A DNA stretch of 37,505 bases, taken from contig CALVQL010000003.1 of the NCBI GenBank assembly GCA_944358235.1, positions 1 through 37,505 of the forward strand. Direction: 5' to 3'. Below are positions 16,508-24,788 of the stretch, piece after piece; positions within the stretch are counted from its first letter, which is position 1; every line of letters starts with the position of its first letter. The DNA is from an uncultured Bacilli bacterium (lineage in GTDB: Bacteria > Bacillota_I > Bacilli_A > RF39 > UBA660). Below the pieces are notes generated by a model that saw only the letters and a program-made list of their open reading frames with translations, was not told the origin of the DNA and searched no databases. A program made the position numbers and the translations under genes.

Positions 16508-18292
16508 ATGAGAAAGAAAGATAAAGGTTTTACTTTAGTTGAGTTGCTGGCGGTTATTGTTATTCTGGCACTAATCCTCATTATAGCAATACCATCAGTT
16601 CTGTCAGCTATGCGATCTGCCCAAAAGGAATCATTTTATCTTTATGCTCAAAGTCTGCAGTCAAAGGCTCTGGCTCAGTACACGCAGGATCTGGAGCACA
16701 ACAAAGATAATACCGATTGTGTCGTATACGATATTGGTGAAGATTTGGGTATATCGAACACAGGGGATTATGAAGGTTGGGTAAAGGTAAATCGGACACC
16801 TGTTGAATCCGGAAACAAAAATGTAACTGTTTCGCTTAGCAACAGTAGTGGACTACAGTATGTAAAATACTGTGTTGCCGATGGCTCTTCTTGTACACCA
16901 GACACTTCGTTCTATGTCACTGAAGGCGCAACTTCAACAGAGATAACGAAGTCATTACAAGAAGGAGAAGTTCTATGTGCCAACTATCAATATCTCGATG
17001 GTGACTCATTGAAGACGGCGAGCAATACTTGCAAGACTTATGCTTCTGGAGATGCTGTTGTTGATACATATGAATATAATGTAGAAATCACGCTAAAGGA
17101 CGATGCCTACGCAGTTGAAAATGTCGCATTTAACGACGATATGTCGATGGATGAGTTCTATGCAGCGATTTCTGAATTCAACGAGAATCACAAAAATGAC
17201 GCTAATAAATTAGCAATATCAGCTCCGTCATGTAGTGCTACTGGTGATGATGTCAAAGGAACGACGACGACTAGAACCACACAAGTAACGACTACTACTA
17301 CAGCTGATCGTGATACTACACGTGTAACAACGACGACGACGACTCGTAATCAAACAGGCGTTACAACGACGACCACTACAACAAGACGTACTGAACAAGT
17401 AACGACGACGACGACAAGTGATAGACCGACTGAAAACGTCTCGACGACGACGACAACAGAACGTCCTACGACATCAGATACGACGACTACGATAAATATT
17501 GAAGATCGCTCTTTACTACTTGCAAGCTTAAGTGTTAGTGGTTATGATGATGTTTTGGCATTTAGTCCATATAAATTCTATTACGATCTCAGAGTACCTA
17601 ATTCGGTAACGAGCTTAAATGTGACGGCAGTTGTCGAAGAGCCTGAAACTAGTGAGGTATATATTACTGGGGCCGAAGCGTTAAATGTTGGAACCAACCC
17701 AGTGGTAGCAACAGTATTTAATACGATAACTGGCGAAAGATCGTACTACCGTATAATGGTAACGCGTCTTGATGAATCAGGAAATGTTCCGAATAATTCA
17801 GGGGGAAATGGCAACGGAGGAAATGGTAATAGCGAATCTGGTAAACCAGATCCGACGTTAGCAGAATCAAACGCATCATTGAGTTATTTAGGGGTTTCTG
17901 GATACTCAATTGACTTCGATCCAGAAGTTTATGAATATACATTGACGACGAGAGGCGAGGATCATTTATTCATCAATTATGAGACTGCATCAGAGACAGC
18001 TCATGTTGCATTAACTGGAAACGAAGAACTTCAAAATGATGATCAAATAGTGTTATTCGTTCAAAGTGAAAACGGCTTCTATAACAAGACGTATACAATC
18101 ACTGTAAAATTCGCCGAAGAAGAATCAGCGACGACGAAAGTGCTTCGTGGATTCGCGGTAGGATTAGGAGTATTACTATTAATCATTTTGACGATTGTCG
18201 CAATCAACAAGCGTAAAAAGGTCGTTTTAGATGATGATGACAAAAAAGATGAAAAAGAACAACAGAACAATCATCCGGAAGATATCGTTTAG
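16508..18292 (+). CDS. Large type IV pilin-like protein: pilin domain with Cys-rich insert, Thr-rich stalk, two cadherin-like beta-sandwich domains, C-terminal TM anchor
   Basis: MRKKDKG|FTLVELLAVIVILALILIIAIP. Poly-Thr repeats. LASLSVSGY...FSPYKFYY and LSYLGVSGY..DFDPEVYEY...KTYTITV repeats. Ends GFAVGLGVLLLIILTIVAINKRKK. Confidence 0.85.
   Translation: MRKKDKGFTLVELLAVIVILALILIIAIPSVLSAMRSAQKESFYLYAQSLQSKALAQYTQDLEHNKDNTDCVVYDIGEDLGISNTGDYEGWVKVNRTPVESGNKNVTVSLSNSSGLQYVKYCVADGSSCTPDTSFYVTEGATSTEITKSLQEGEVLCANYQYLDGDSLKTASNTCKTYASGDAVVDTYEYNVEITLKDDAYAVENVAFNDDMSMDEFYAAISEFNENHKNDANKLAISAPSCSATGDDVKGTTTTRTTQVTTTTTADRDTTRVTTTTTTRNQTGVTTTTTTTRRTEQVTTTTTSDRPTENVSTTTTTERPTTSDTTTTINIEDRSLLLASLSVSGYDDVLAFSPYKFYYDLRVPNSVTSLNVTAVVEEPETSEVYITGAEALNVGTNPVVATVFNTITGERSYYRIMVTRLDESGNVPNNSGGNGNGGNGNSESGKPDPTLAESNASLSYLGVSGYSIDFDPEVYEYTLTTRGEDHLFINYETASETAHVALTGNEELQNDDQIVLFVQSENGFYNKTYTITVKFAEEESATTKVLRGFAVGLGVLLLIILTIVAINKRKKVVLDDDDKKDEKEQQNNHPEDIV
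17261..17491 (+). repeat. Degenerate tandem Thr-rich repeats (about 12-14 aa, V-T5-7-x-R) built from (ACG)n/(ACN)n runs
   Basis: VTTTTTADRDTTR / VTTTTTTRNQTG / VTTTTTTTRRTEQ / VTTTTTSDRPTEN / VSTTTTTERPTTSD. Confidence 0.9.
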
Positions 18293-18307
18293 ATATCTTC
18301 TTGGATG
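18272..18307 (+). other. Long inverted repeat over the stop codon of the large pilin gene, with no U tract
   Basis: CATCC-g-GAAGATATC-gttta-GATATCTTC-tt-GGATG. Confidence 0.6.
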
Positions 18308-18326
18308 TAAAATACTCTAAAAGGTA

Positions 18327-18355
18327 TTGACTAAATAATAAGAAAAATATATAAT
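18327..18355 (+). promoter_or_regulatory. Near-consensus sigma-A promoter of the 174-aa pilin gene
   Basis: TTGACT-N17-TATAAT, then RBS AAAGAGGA. Confidence 0.75.
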
Positions 18356-18382
18356 TTAAGTATAATAGAAAGAGGAATTTGT

Positions 18383-18907
18383 ATGAAGAAGAAAAATGGT
18401 TTTACATTAGTGGAGTTACTAGCTGTTATCGTTGTATTAGCTATAATAATGATTATAGCAATACCGACTGTATTGGATGTTATGAATAATGCAAGAAAGA
18501 GTTCGTTTGTGTTATATGCTGAAAAGGTTATTAACGCAGTACAGACTCAATACTTATATGATGCTGGTTTAGGTTCAATTGCTGGAGCTGGCTACTATGT
18601 ATATGATATTACATCTGATTTGGAGCTAACATCAACTGGAGATTATAGGGGTTATGTGGTAGTAAATGCCATTGACGTTGATAATGTTGAATACATCTTA
18701 TTCCTATACGATAACAACTACATGATTACGAATTACAATGTAACTCAAAATGGTATGCCAACAACTGACAATGGTTCAATTGCTGCATACGATGCATCAT
18801 TCATTAGTAGTCAAGCAGCTTCTTCTGCTGTAGCTTGCCAAGCAGCAGCTGGTAGCCAAGCAACTTGCTACAATAGAAACGGTTATATAATCGTAAGTGC
18901 TAATTAG
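18383..18907 (+). CDS. Type IV pilin, candidate major pilin
   Basis: MKKKNG|FTLVELLAVIVVLAIIMIIAIP. C-terminal Cys pair (ACQ...ATCY). Has its own promoter and terminator. Confidence 0.88.
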   Translation: MKKKNGFTLVELLAVIVVLAIIMIIAIPTVLDVMNNARKSSFVLYAEKVINAVQTQYLYDAGLGSIAGAGYYVYDITSDLELTSTGDYRGYVVVNAIDVDNVEYILFLYDNNYMITNYNVTQNGMPTTDNGSIAAYDASFISSQAASSAVACQAAAGSQATCYNRNGYIIVSAN

Positions 18908-18936
18908 AAAAAACAACTATTATAGTTGTTTTTTTT
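18908..18936 (+). terminator. Terminator after the pilin gene (symmetric A/T tails)
   Basis: AAAAAACAACTA-tta-TAGTTGTTTTTTTT. Confidence 0.8.
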
Positions 18937-18964
18937 ATGCTATAATCTTTAATAGGTGGTTAAT

Positions 18965-19861
18965 GTGTTAATACTAGGATCTCATGTCAGCTATAATAAT
19001 CAAAATCAATTAGTAGGATGTTTGAAAGAGGCTTTAAATTACGGCGCTAATGCTTTTATGTTTTATACTGGAGCTCCTCAAAATACAATTCGTGGGGAAA
19101 TATCCGATACTTTAAGAGATGAAGCCTTAAAACAAATGCAATTAGCTGATATAGATGTTATTAATGTTATATGTCATGCACCATATATTATTAATCTTGC
19201 GAATAATATCGATCCTGATAAATATGCTTTTGCCATCAGTTTTTTACGCAGTGAGATAGAACGTTGTTTGCGTCTTAAGATTAAACGCATCGTTCTTCAT
19301 CCTGGAAGTGCTACTAAATTGGATCGCAAGATAGCAATAGATAATATTGTATATGCTTTAAATGCCGTTTTAAAGCCTGATGACGACATTGTTATACTTT
19401 TAGAGACGATGGCAGGAAAAGGAACAGAAATCGGCTCTAGCATGGCTGAAATAGCTTATATAATTGAAAATATAAACTTAAAGGACAAAGTAGGAGTATG
19501 CCTTGACACTTGTCATTTAAACGATTCCGGAGTCGATATTTCTTGTTTTGACGAATATCTCGATCAATTCGATATGACTATTGGAATTCAAAAAATAGGT
19601 TGCGTTCACGTCAATGATTCTAAAAACATTCTGGCATCACATAAAGATCGCCACGAAAATATTGGATATGGGACGATTGGTTTTGATAATCTTTTAAGAG
19701 TTATCTATAACCCACGTCTTGCTGATGTTCCTAAAATATTAGAAACACCATATATAGATCGTGAATACCCACCTTACAGGCAAGAAATTGAAATGATTAG
19801 AAAAAAGTCTTTCAATTCTAATTTATATGATGATATCATCTCTTATTATAGAGATAAATAA
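18965..19861 (+). CDS. nfo: Endonuclease IV (AP endonuclease)
   Basis: LGSHVS, YTGAPQNT, HAPYIINLA, LHPGS, ETMAGKGTEIG, DTCH, HVNDSK, DRHENIG, ETP. GTG start after AGGTGG. Extended -10 TGCTATAAT at 18938. Confidence 0.97.
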   Translation: MLILGSHVSYNNQNQLVGCLKEALNYGANAFMFYTGAPQNTIRGEISDTLRDEALKQMQLADIDVINVICHAPYIINLANNIDPDKYAFAISFLRSEIERCLRLKIKRIVLHPGSATKLDRKIAIDNIVYALNAVLKPDDDIVILLETMAGKGTEIGSSMAEIAYIIENINLKDKVGVCLDTCHLNDSGVDISCFDEYLDQFDMTIGIQKIGCVHVNDSKNILASHKDRHENIGYGTIGFDNLLRVIYNPRLADVPKILETPYIDREYPPYRQEIEMIRKKSFNSNLYDDIISYYRDK

Positions 19862-19874
19862 AGTTGGTGAATCT

Positions 19875-21041
19875 ATGAACGGAATGGTCTCAGTAAAAGA
19901 AGGAAAACGCAATTTAATTTCGCATAATGTCGTGGATTTTTTAAACCCAGATTATGTCTATATTCCGATATTAGAAGATTTTTCTATCGAAATTGAAACC
20001 AATAGTCAAGTCTTCAAAGAGGAAGTTATGTTGCGTAAGGGAAGCAAATTAGTTTATGCGCCAATATCGGGAACTGTTATCGGTGCAACCGAATCGATGC
20101 GTGTAAATGATCGTGAAGTTCGATGTGTTGTAATCGCTAATGATTTTCGGGAGAAAGTAAATCACAAGAAAAGCGCTATGAAGTATATAAACGAATACGT
20201 CAAAGAAGACTTTATTGAATTGATAAAAAAATATAATGCTTATGAAGGGGATATTCCTGAAGATATTAAAGTACTTGTCGTCAACGGTATTGATCCGGAT
20301 CCCTTTGAGAAGACTGCCTCATTCATTATCGATAACCACAGTTCACAAATTCTCGAAACGATCGATGCCATATCATCTATTTTAAAACTCGATACGACAA
20401 TTCTCGCTATTAATAATAACGATTCCGAAAACGTTATTAATCTGACTAACAATATCGGTACATATCCCAATATAACACTTCGACTTGTCCCCGATATTTA
20501 TCCTATCGGCTTTAAAGAAGTGTTGGTTAAATCAATCCTGACCAAAAAACAAGAGAAGGGCGGATATTTATATTTATCAGCACAAGATATATATACTATT
20601 TATAATGTCTTGAAGCGCAATAAACCGATGACAGAACGACTAGTTACTGTTGGAGGAAATGCCATCGATAAAAGCTTTGTCGTCAACGTAAAAATAGGGA
20701 CATCACTTAGTGATATTATCAAGAATTGTTGTAATATCGTCAATGACGATTATTATGTTATCGTCAACGGCTTGATAGCAGGGAAGACTTTATCTACATT
20801 AAACAATGTCATAACGACAGAGACTAGAAGTATATTTTTGAACACCAAGGACACTCAAAAAGAAAAAAAATGCATCAATTGTGGCTTATGTAATAGCAAA
20901 TGTCCTGTCGGGTTAAATCCTAAATATCTAAAAGATCATAAACGTGCTGACCGTAGCAAATGTATTCACTGTGGGTTGTGTACTTATATTTGTCCTTCGA
21001 AGATTAATTTTAAACCATATCTAGGAGGTAACGATGAATAA
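19875..21041 (+). CDS. Degenerate RnfC-like protein (RnfC_N, SLBB, two 4Fe-4S motifs)
   Basis: VYAPISGTV, YPIGFKEVLV, ERLVTVGG...VKIGT, CINCGLCNSKCP and CIHCGLCTYICPS. GGTGA RBS before ATG 19875. Confidence 0.8.
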   Translation: MNGMVSVKEGKRNLISHNVVDFLNPDYVYIPILEDFSIEIETNSQVFKEEVMLRKGSKLVYAPISGTVIGATESMRVNDREVRCVVIANDFREKVNHKKSAMKYINEYVKEDFIELIKKYNAYEGDIPEDIKVLVVNGIDPDPFEKTASFIIDNHSSQILETIDAISSILKLDTTILAINNNDSENVINLTNNIGTYPNITLRLVPDIYPIGFKEVLVKSILTKKQEKGGYLYLSAQDIYTIYNVLKRNKPMTERLVTVGGNAIDKSFVVNVKIGTSLSDIIKNCCNIVNDDYYVIVNGLIAGKTLSTLNNVITTETRSIFLNTKDTQKEKKCINCGLCNSKCPVGLNPKYLKDHKRADRSKCIHCGLCTYICPSKINFKPYLGGNDE

Positions 21042-21939
21042 CAATGTATATATACGAAGCGAACGTTCGATTATGACGATTTCGCTTGCTCGTATTTTAT
21101 TTATTATGCCACTTGTCATATATGGCTTTTATAAGAACGGAATATATCTATATCAAAATGATTATGTAAGCTTAATAAATATGTTCCGCCCTTTGTATTT
21201 TATCTTTGGTGGAGCAATAATTGGGGCTTTAGTTAATATAATATATGAGCGACTAATTAAGAAAAATGACGATTCATTGCTAACCATAATATTCTCTTCA
21301 TTTCATGTTGAATATGGTATAATTCTTGGAGCGGTCATGAGTATTAATGCTAATATAGCCATTTTTTTAGGGGTTTTGTTCGTTGTTCTGTTTGCATCGA
21401 AATTTACTAATAATCGTATAAATACCATGGCGTTCTGTTTCATTTTGATATATATTATCGAATCAACAATTTCGTCTTTTGTTTATGCTAATCCCTATGA
21501 AAGCGCCAACTCTTTTTCGCTTTCATTCATGGATTATATGATTGGACGCGGTCCTGGCGGAATAGCAAGCACACATGTAATATTATTGTTTGTCGCTATC
21601 ATCGGATTGGAGCTTACAAACAGCAATAAGACGAGTATAGCAATAAGCGCAATAGCTATATTTACTTTAGCAGTTGGAATCGAATCCATTATTACTAATA
21701 GTAACTTTTTAGATAACTATTTTATTAATAATTATCCATTCATATTTACATTTATTGCAACCGATAGTGTAACTAGTTGTTATACAATAAGGGGTAAAGT
21801 TGTGTTTGGACTTGCAATCGGGCTTTTAAGCTTTGGCTTAAGCTTATGGAATGCAATATTAGCTCCATATATCGCTATCCTCGTTGTAAGCTTATTCAAT
21901 AATCTTATCGATAGAAAAGCAAATATATTGAACAAATAA
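21034..21939 (+). CDS. Degenerate RnfD/NqrB-like membrane protein
   Basis: YIRS N-terminus, many TMs, MIGRGPGGIAST and FIATDSVTSC..TIRGKVVFG motifs. Overlaps the rnfC-like gene. Confidence 0.75.
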   Translation: MNNNVYIRSERSIMTISLARILFIMPLVIYGFYKNGIYLYQNDYVSLINMFRPLYFIFGGAIIGALVNIIYERLIKKNDDSLLTIIFSSFHVEYGIILGAVMSINANIAIFLGVLFVVLFASKFTNNRINTMAFCFILIYIIESTISSFVYANPYESANSFSLSFMDYMIGRGPGGIASTHVILLFVAIIGLELTNSNKTSIAISAIAIFTLAVGIESIITNSNFLDNYFINNYPFIFTFIATDSVTSCYTIRGKVVFGLAIGLLSFGLSLWNAILAPYIAILVVSLFNNLIDRKANILNK

Positions 21940-21974
21940 GTAAAAATGCGTTATAATTAAAAAGAGGTGAACTA

Positions 21975-22328
21975 ATGGCAAAGTTTTGTACTAATTGTGG
22001 ACATAAATTGGAGGAGAATCAATCGTTTTGTGTAAGTTGTGGGAAAAAAGTCGATAACACATCGGAAAATAATTCCCAAAAGCAATATTCTAATATTCAT
22101 AGCAAGAGTAAGGTTATAGCTGGGCTTCTTGGTATCTTTTTAGGAGCTTTTGGTGTACATAATTTTTATTTAGGATACAACAATAAAGCAATTGCCCAAC
22201 TTCTTATAACAGTCTTATCATGCTGTATTTTATCGCAAATATCAGCAATATGGGGATTTATCGAAGGAATTTTAATCTTATGTGGAAATATTAAAACTGA
22301 TGCTGATGGCAACCCTCTTGTTGATTAA
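21975..22328 (+). CDS. Zinc-ribbon plus TM2-domain membrane protein
   Basis: FCTNCG...FCVSCG and KSKVIAGLLGIFLGAFGVHNFYLGY. Promoter TTGAAC-N18-TATAAT at 21928-21957. Confidence 0.9.
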   Translation: MAKFCTNCGHKLEENQSFCVSCGKKVDNTSENNSQKQYSNIHSKSKVIAGLLGIFLGAFGVHNFYLGYNNKAIAQLLITVLSCCILSQISAIWGFIEGILILCGNIKTDADGNPLVD

Positions 22329-22355
22329 TAGACATTAACTTAACAAAAAAATTAA

Positions 22356-22381
22356 GAACATATAACTTTATATGTTTTTTT
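22356..22381 (+). terminator. Probable terminator after the TM2 gene
   Basis: AACATATAA-ct-TTATATGTT plus T tract. Confidence 0.55.
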
Positions 22382-22407
22382 ATGTTAAAATTATGATAGG
22401 TGAGAAT

Positions 22408-23565
22408 ATGAAAGCGACACTAAAAAAGATCGATATTCCTTTATTCATAGTTTCTGTTGTCTTGACGATTGTCGGTCTTATCATGATTTTTAGTGCATCT
22501 AGTATAAGTGCTGTCCTACAATACGGACAGACGGAATACTATTTCTTTCAAAAAGAACTCATCATCGTAATTATCGGCTTAATAGCTAGTTTAATTATAA
22601 TTGGAATTCCTACGAAATATTATATCGTTTTATCAAAGATCGGAATCATCGGCATTTTGGCCGCATTACTAGCTTTGAGGACTTATGGAACCGTCACTAA
22701 CTCAGCCCAAAGTTGGTTTCGCCTTGCCGGATTTTCTATTCAACCGAGTGAATTTGCTAAGACATTTATAATTGTCTTTTTGGCATGCTGGTATGGTAGC
22801 AAAAAAAGATTGAAAAATATCTACGATTTATTTATTCCTTTGATTCCATGTGTTATAATCTTTTTCTTAGTAGCATCAGAGCCCGATTTAGGGACAGCGA
22901 TTATTATTGCAGTGATTTGTATGTTCATCTTTTTTTCGTTGCCAGTGGAAAAAAATAAAGTGATGAACATTTTGAAAGCCGTAGTAGCAATTGGGGTAAT
23001 AGCAGTTTTTGTAGCATTGCAATTTAATCAAGAATATCTCACTGATACGCAGGCTAGCCGTTTCCAATTTAAAAACCCTTGTGATCGCTATTTAGAAGAA
23101 ACGGGTTATCAAGTATGCAACGGCTACATCGCCATTAATAATGGAAGTCTATTTGGTGTTGGATTAGGTAAATCGACACAAAAATATTTATATCTACCTG
23201 AAGCACATACTGACTTTATATTTCCGATTATCGTCGAGGAATTGGGGTATGTCGGTGGCTCAGTTATATTGTTACTGTACATTTTACTACTATATAGAAT
23301 TCTTGCGATAGCACGTAATGCTAATACTTTACGTGGTTCGATAATCGCTTTCGGAACATTTGCATATATCCTTACCCATATATGTGTAAATCTTGGTGGC
23401 TTACTAGCTTTGATTCCGTTAACAGGTGTTCCACTTCCGTTTTTATCATATGGAGGAAGCTTTATGCTTAATTTAATGATATTACTTGCACTAACGCAAC
23501 GTGTCTGTATAGAGTCCAAAACAGCTCGATACAAACGTGAATTAAAAAAGATAATAGGTGGTTAA
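22408..23565 (+). CDS. ftsW: SEDS-family peptidoglycan polymerase (FtsW/RodA/SpoVE), most likely FtsW
   Basis: GLIMIFSAS, IQPSEFAK, EPDLGT, GYQ, YLPEAHTDFIF, EELG, TGVPLPFLSYGGS. AGGTGA RBS before ATG 22408. Confidence 0.88.
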   Translation: MKATLKKIDIPLFIVSVVLTIVGLIMIFSASSISAVLQYGQTEYYFFQKELIIVIIGLIASLIIIGIPTKYYIVLSKIGIIGILAALLALRTYGTVTNSAQSWFRLAGFSIQPSEFAKTFIIVFLACWYGSKKRLKNIYDLFIPLIPCVIIFFLVASEPDLGTAIIIAVICMFIFFSLPVEKNKVMNILKAVVAIGVIAVFVALQFNQEYLTDTQASRFQFKNPCDRYLEETGYQVCNGYIAINNGSLFGVGLGKSTQKYLYLPEAHTDFIFPIIVEELGYVGGSVILLLYILLLYRILAIARNANTLRGSIIAFGTFAYILTHICVNLGGLLALIPLTGVPLPFLSYGGSFMLNLMILLALTQRVCIESKTARYKRELKKIIGG

Positions 23566-23566
23566 T

Positions 23567-24751
23567 ATGACAATAGAAAACTTGAATTTAAAAGTCGAAA
23601 ATAATCATATTTTAAATGTCGAAGAGTTAATTCTAGAAATAAAATCGTTAGAATATAATTTTAATAATTATGAATTTCTACAGATTTTATCCAATAATCT
23701 TCGTTTTAGAGCGTATGATAATAAAGATGAGTTAGAACGTATTGTAAATTCGAAAATAAGTGAATTCAAGAAAGAGAGACACTTGGACAATATCGACGTA
23801 TTAAAGCATTTGCAACAACGAAATTCGCAATTAGATGAGTTATCGATTATCGAAACAACATCTTTACAAAATGATTCCAAAAGAGCAATTGATTATCTTG
23901 CATATTCTGAAAAAGATCAGCCGATAGATATTGCTATATGTCCTCCGGATACCGGACTAGATGCTTTTTTCGATAAATATCCCGAATTAGCGGATAATGC
24001 CGATTCTAAAACTGTATTTAATCGTTTCAAAGAATATACGCATGTTGATCTTGATTTTTATCCTCTTGAAAGTTTTGAAGACGATCAGCCGAATCTTGCT
24101 GCTTATTCCGTCGTTTCAGACCCTTCTATTAAGCGACAAGAATTAGAAGAGTTAAAAGATTATGTAGTAATTAATGATCTCGAAGGAAATATTGAAGTTA
24201 CAGTCGATTCTTATGGCGAGCGTATATATAGAGTAGGAAAGACTTTGATAAAATTTACAACAGATACCAATAATAATCGCCATTTAATACCCTTAACTAC
24301 TGCACCGACTACAGAATTTACCTTTGATATAGAACATTTTAAAAATCTAGTTTCTAAGCACCAATCATCAGAGATTCCTCTGACAATCAAAGAAAGCACA
24401 TATCTCGATCATGCAATCGACTACATCTTTGATACTTTATCTAAAAATACGGTTGATAATGATATTAAAGAAGGGTTAATCGCCGCTTTAAATGAGTATA
24501 TTTTGCCATTAGTAGAAATCTACAATAAAGAACAAGAAGGACTTGAAGGAACTTTGACCAATCATGAAAGATATCATGTGGAACAGTATCTGATCTATCA
24601 AAATACCGTAAAAAACACGCAATCACTAAAACCACCAAAGAAGAAATTAAAAAAGAATAATACTTCTTCTGGAATCGCAAATGTACTGATTTTAGCTGAA
24701 CTAACAACCGTCGGAATACTGCTCACATTGCTTTTATCTATTGCTAAGTAA
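23567..24751 (+). CDS. Hypothetical acidic protein with C-terminal tail anchor
   Basis: Long ORF starting 1 nt after the ftsW stop (RBS AGGTGG). No N-terminal signal. Ends KPPKKKLKKNNTSSG followed by a hydrophobic helix. Confidence 0.85.
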   Translation: MTIENLNLKVENNHILNVEELILEIKSLEYNFNNYEFLQILSNNLRFRAYDNKDELERIVNSKISEFKKERHLDNIDVLKHLQQRNSQLDELSIIETTSLQNDSKRAIDYLAYSEKDQPIDIAICPPDTGLDAFFDKYPELADNADSKTVFNRFKEYTHVDLDFYPLESFEDDQPNLAAYSVVSDPSIKRQELEELKDYVVINDLEGNIEVTVDSYGERIYRVGKTLIKFTTDTNNNRHLIPLTTAPTTEFTFDIEHFKNLVSKHQSSEIPLTIKESTYLDHAIDYIFDTLSKNTVDNDIKEGLIAALNEYILPLVEIYNKEQEGLEGTLTNHERYHVEQYLIYQNTVKNTQSLKPPKKKLKKNNTSSGIANVLILAELTTVGILLTLLLSIAK

Positions 24752-24788
24752 ATAACTATAAAGTATAATATTTTTAAGGAGAGATTTT

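Noticed and set aside
17261-17491. Repeat region as a possible CRISPR array or non-coding repeat
   Set aside because: The repeats are degenerate, in-frame Thr codons with no constant repeat/unique spacer structure, and no cas genes are present.
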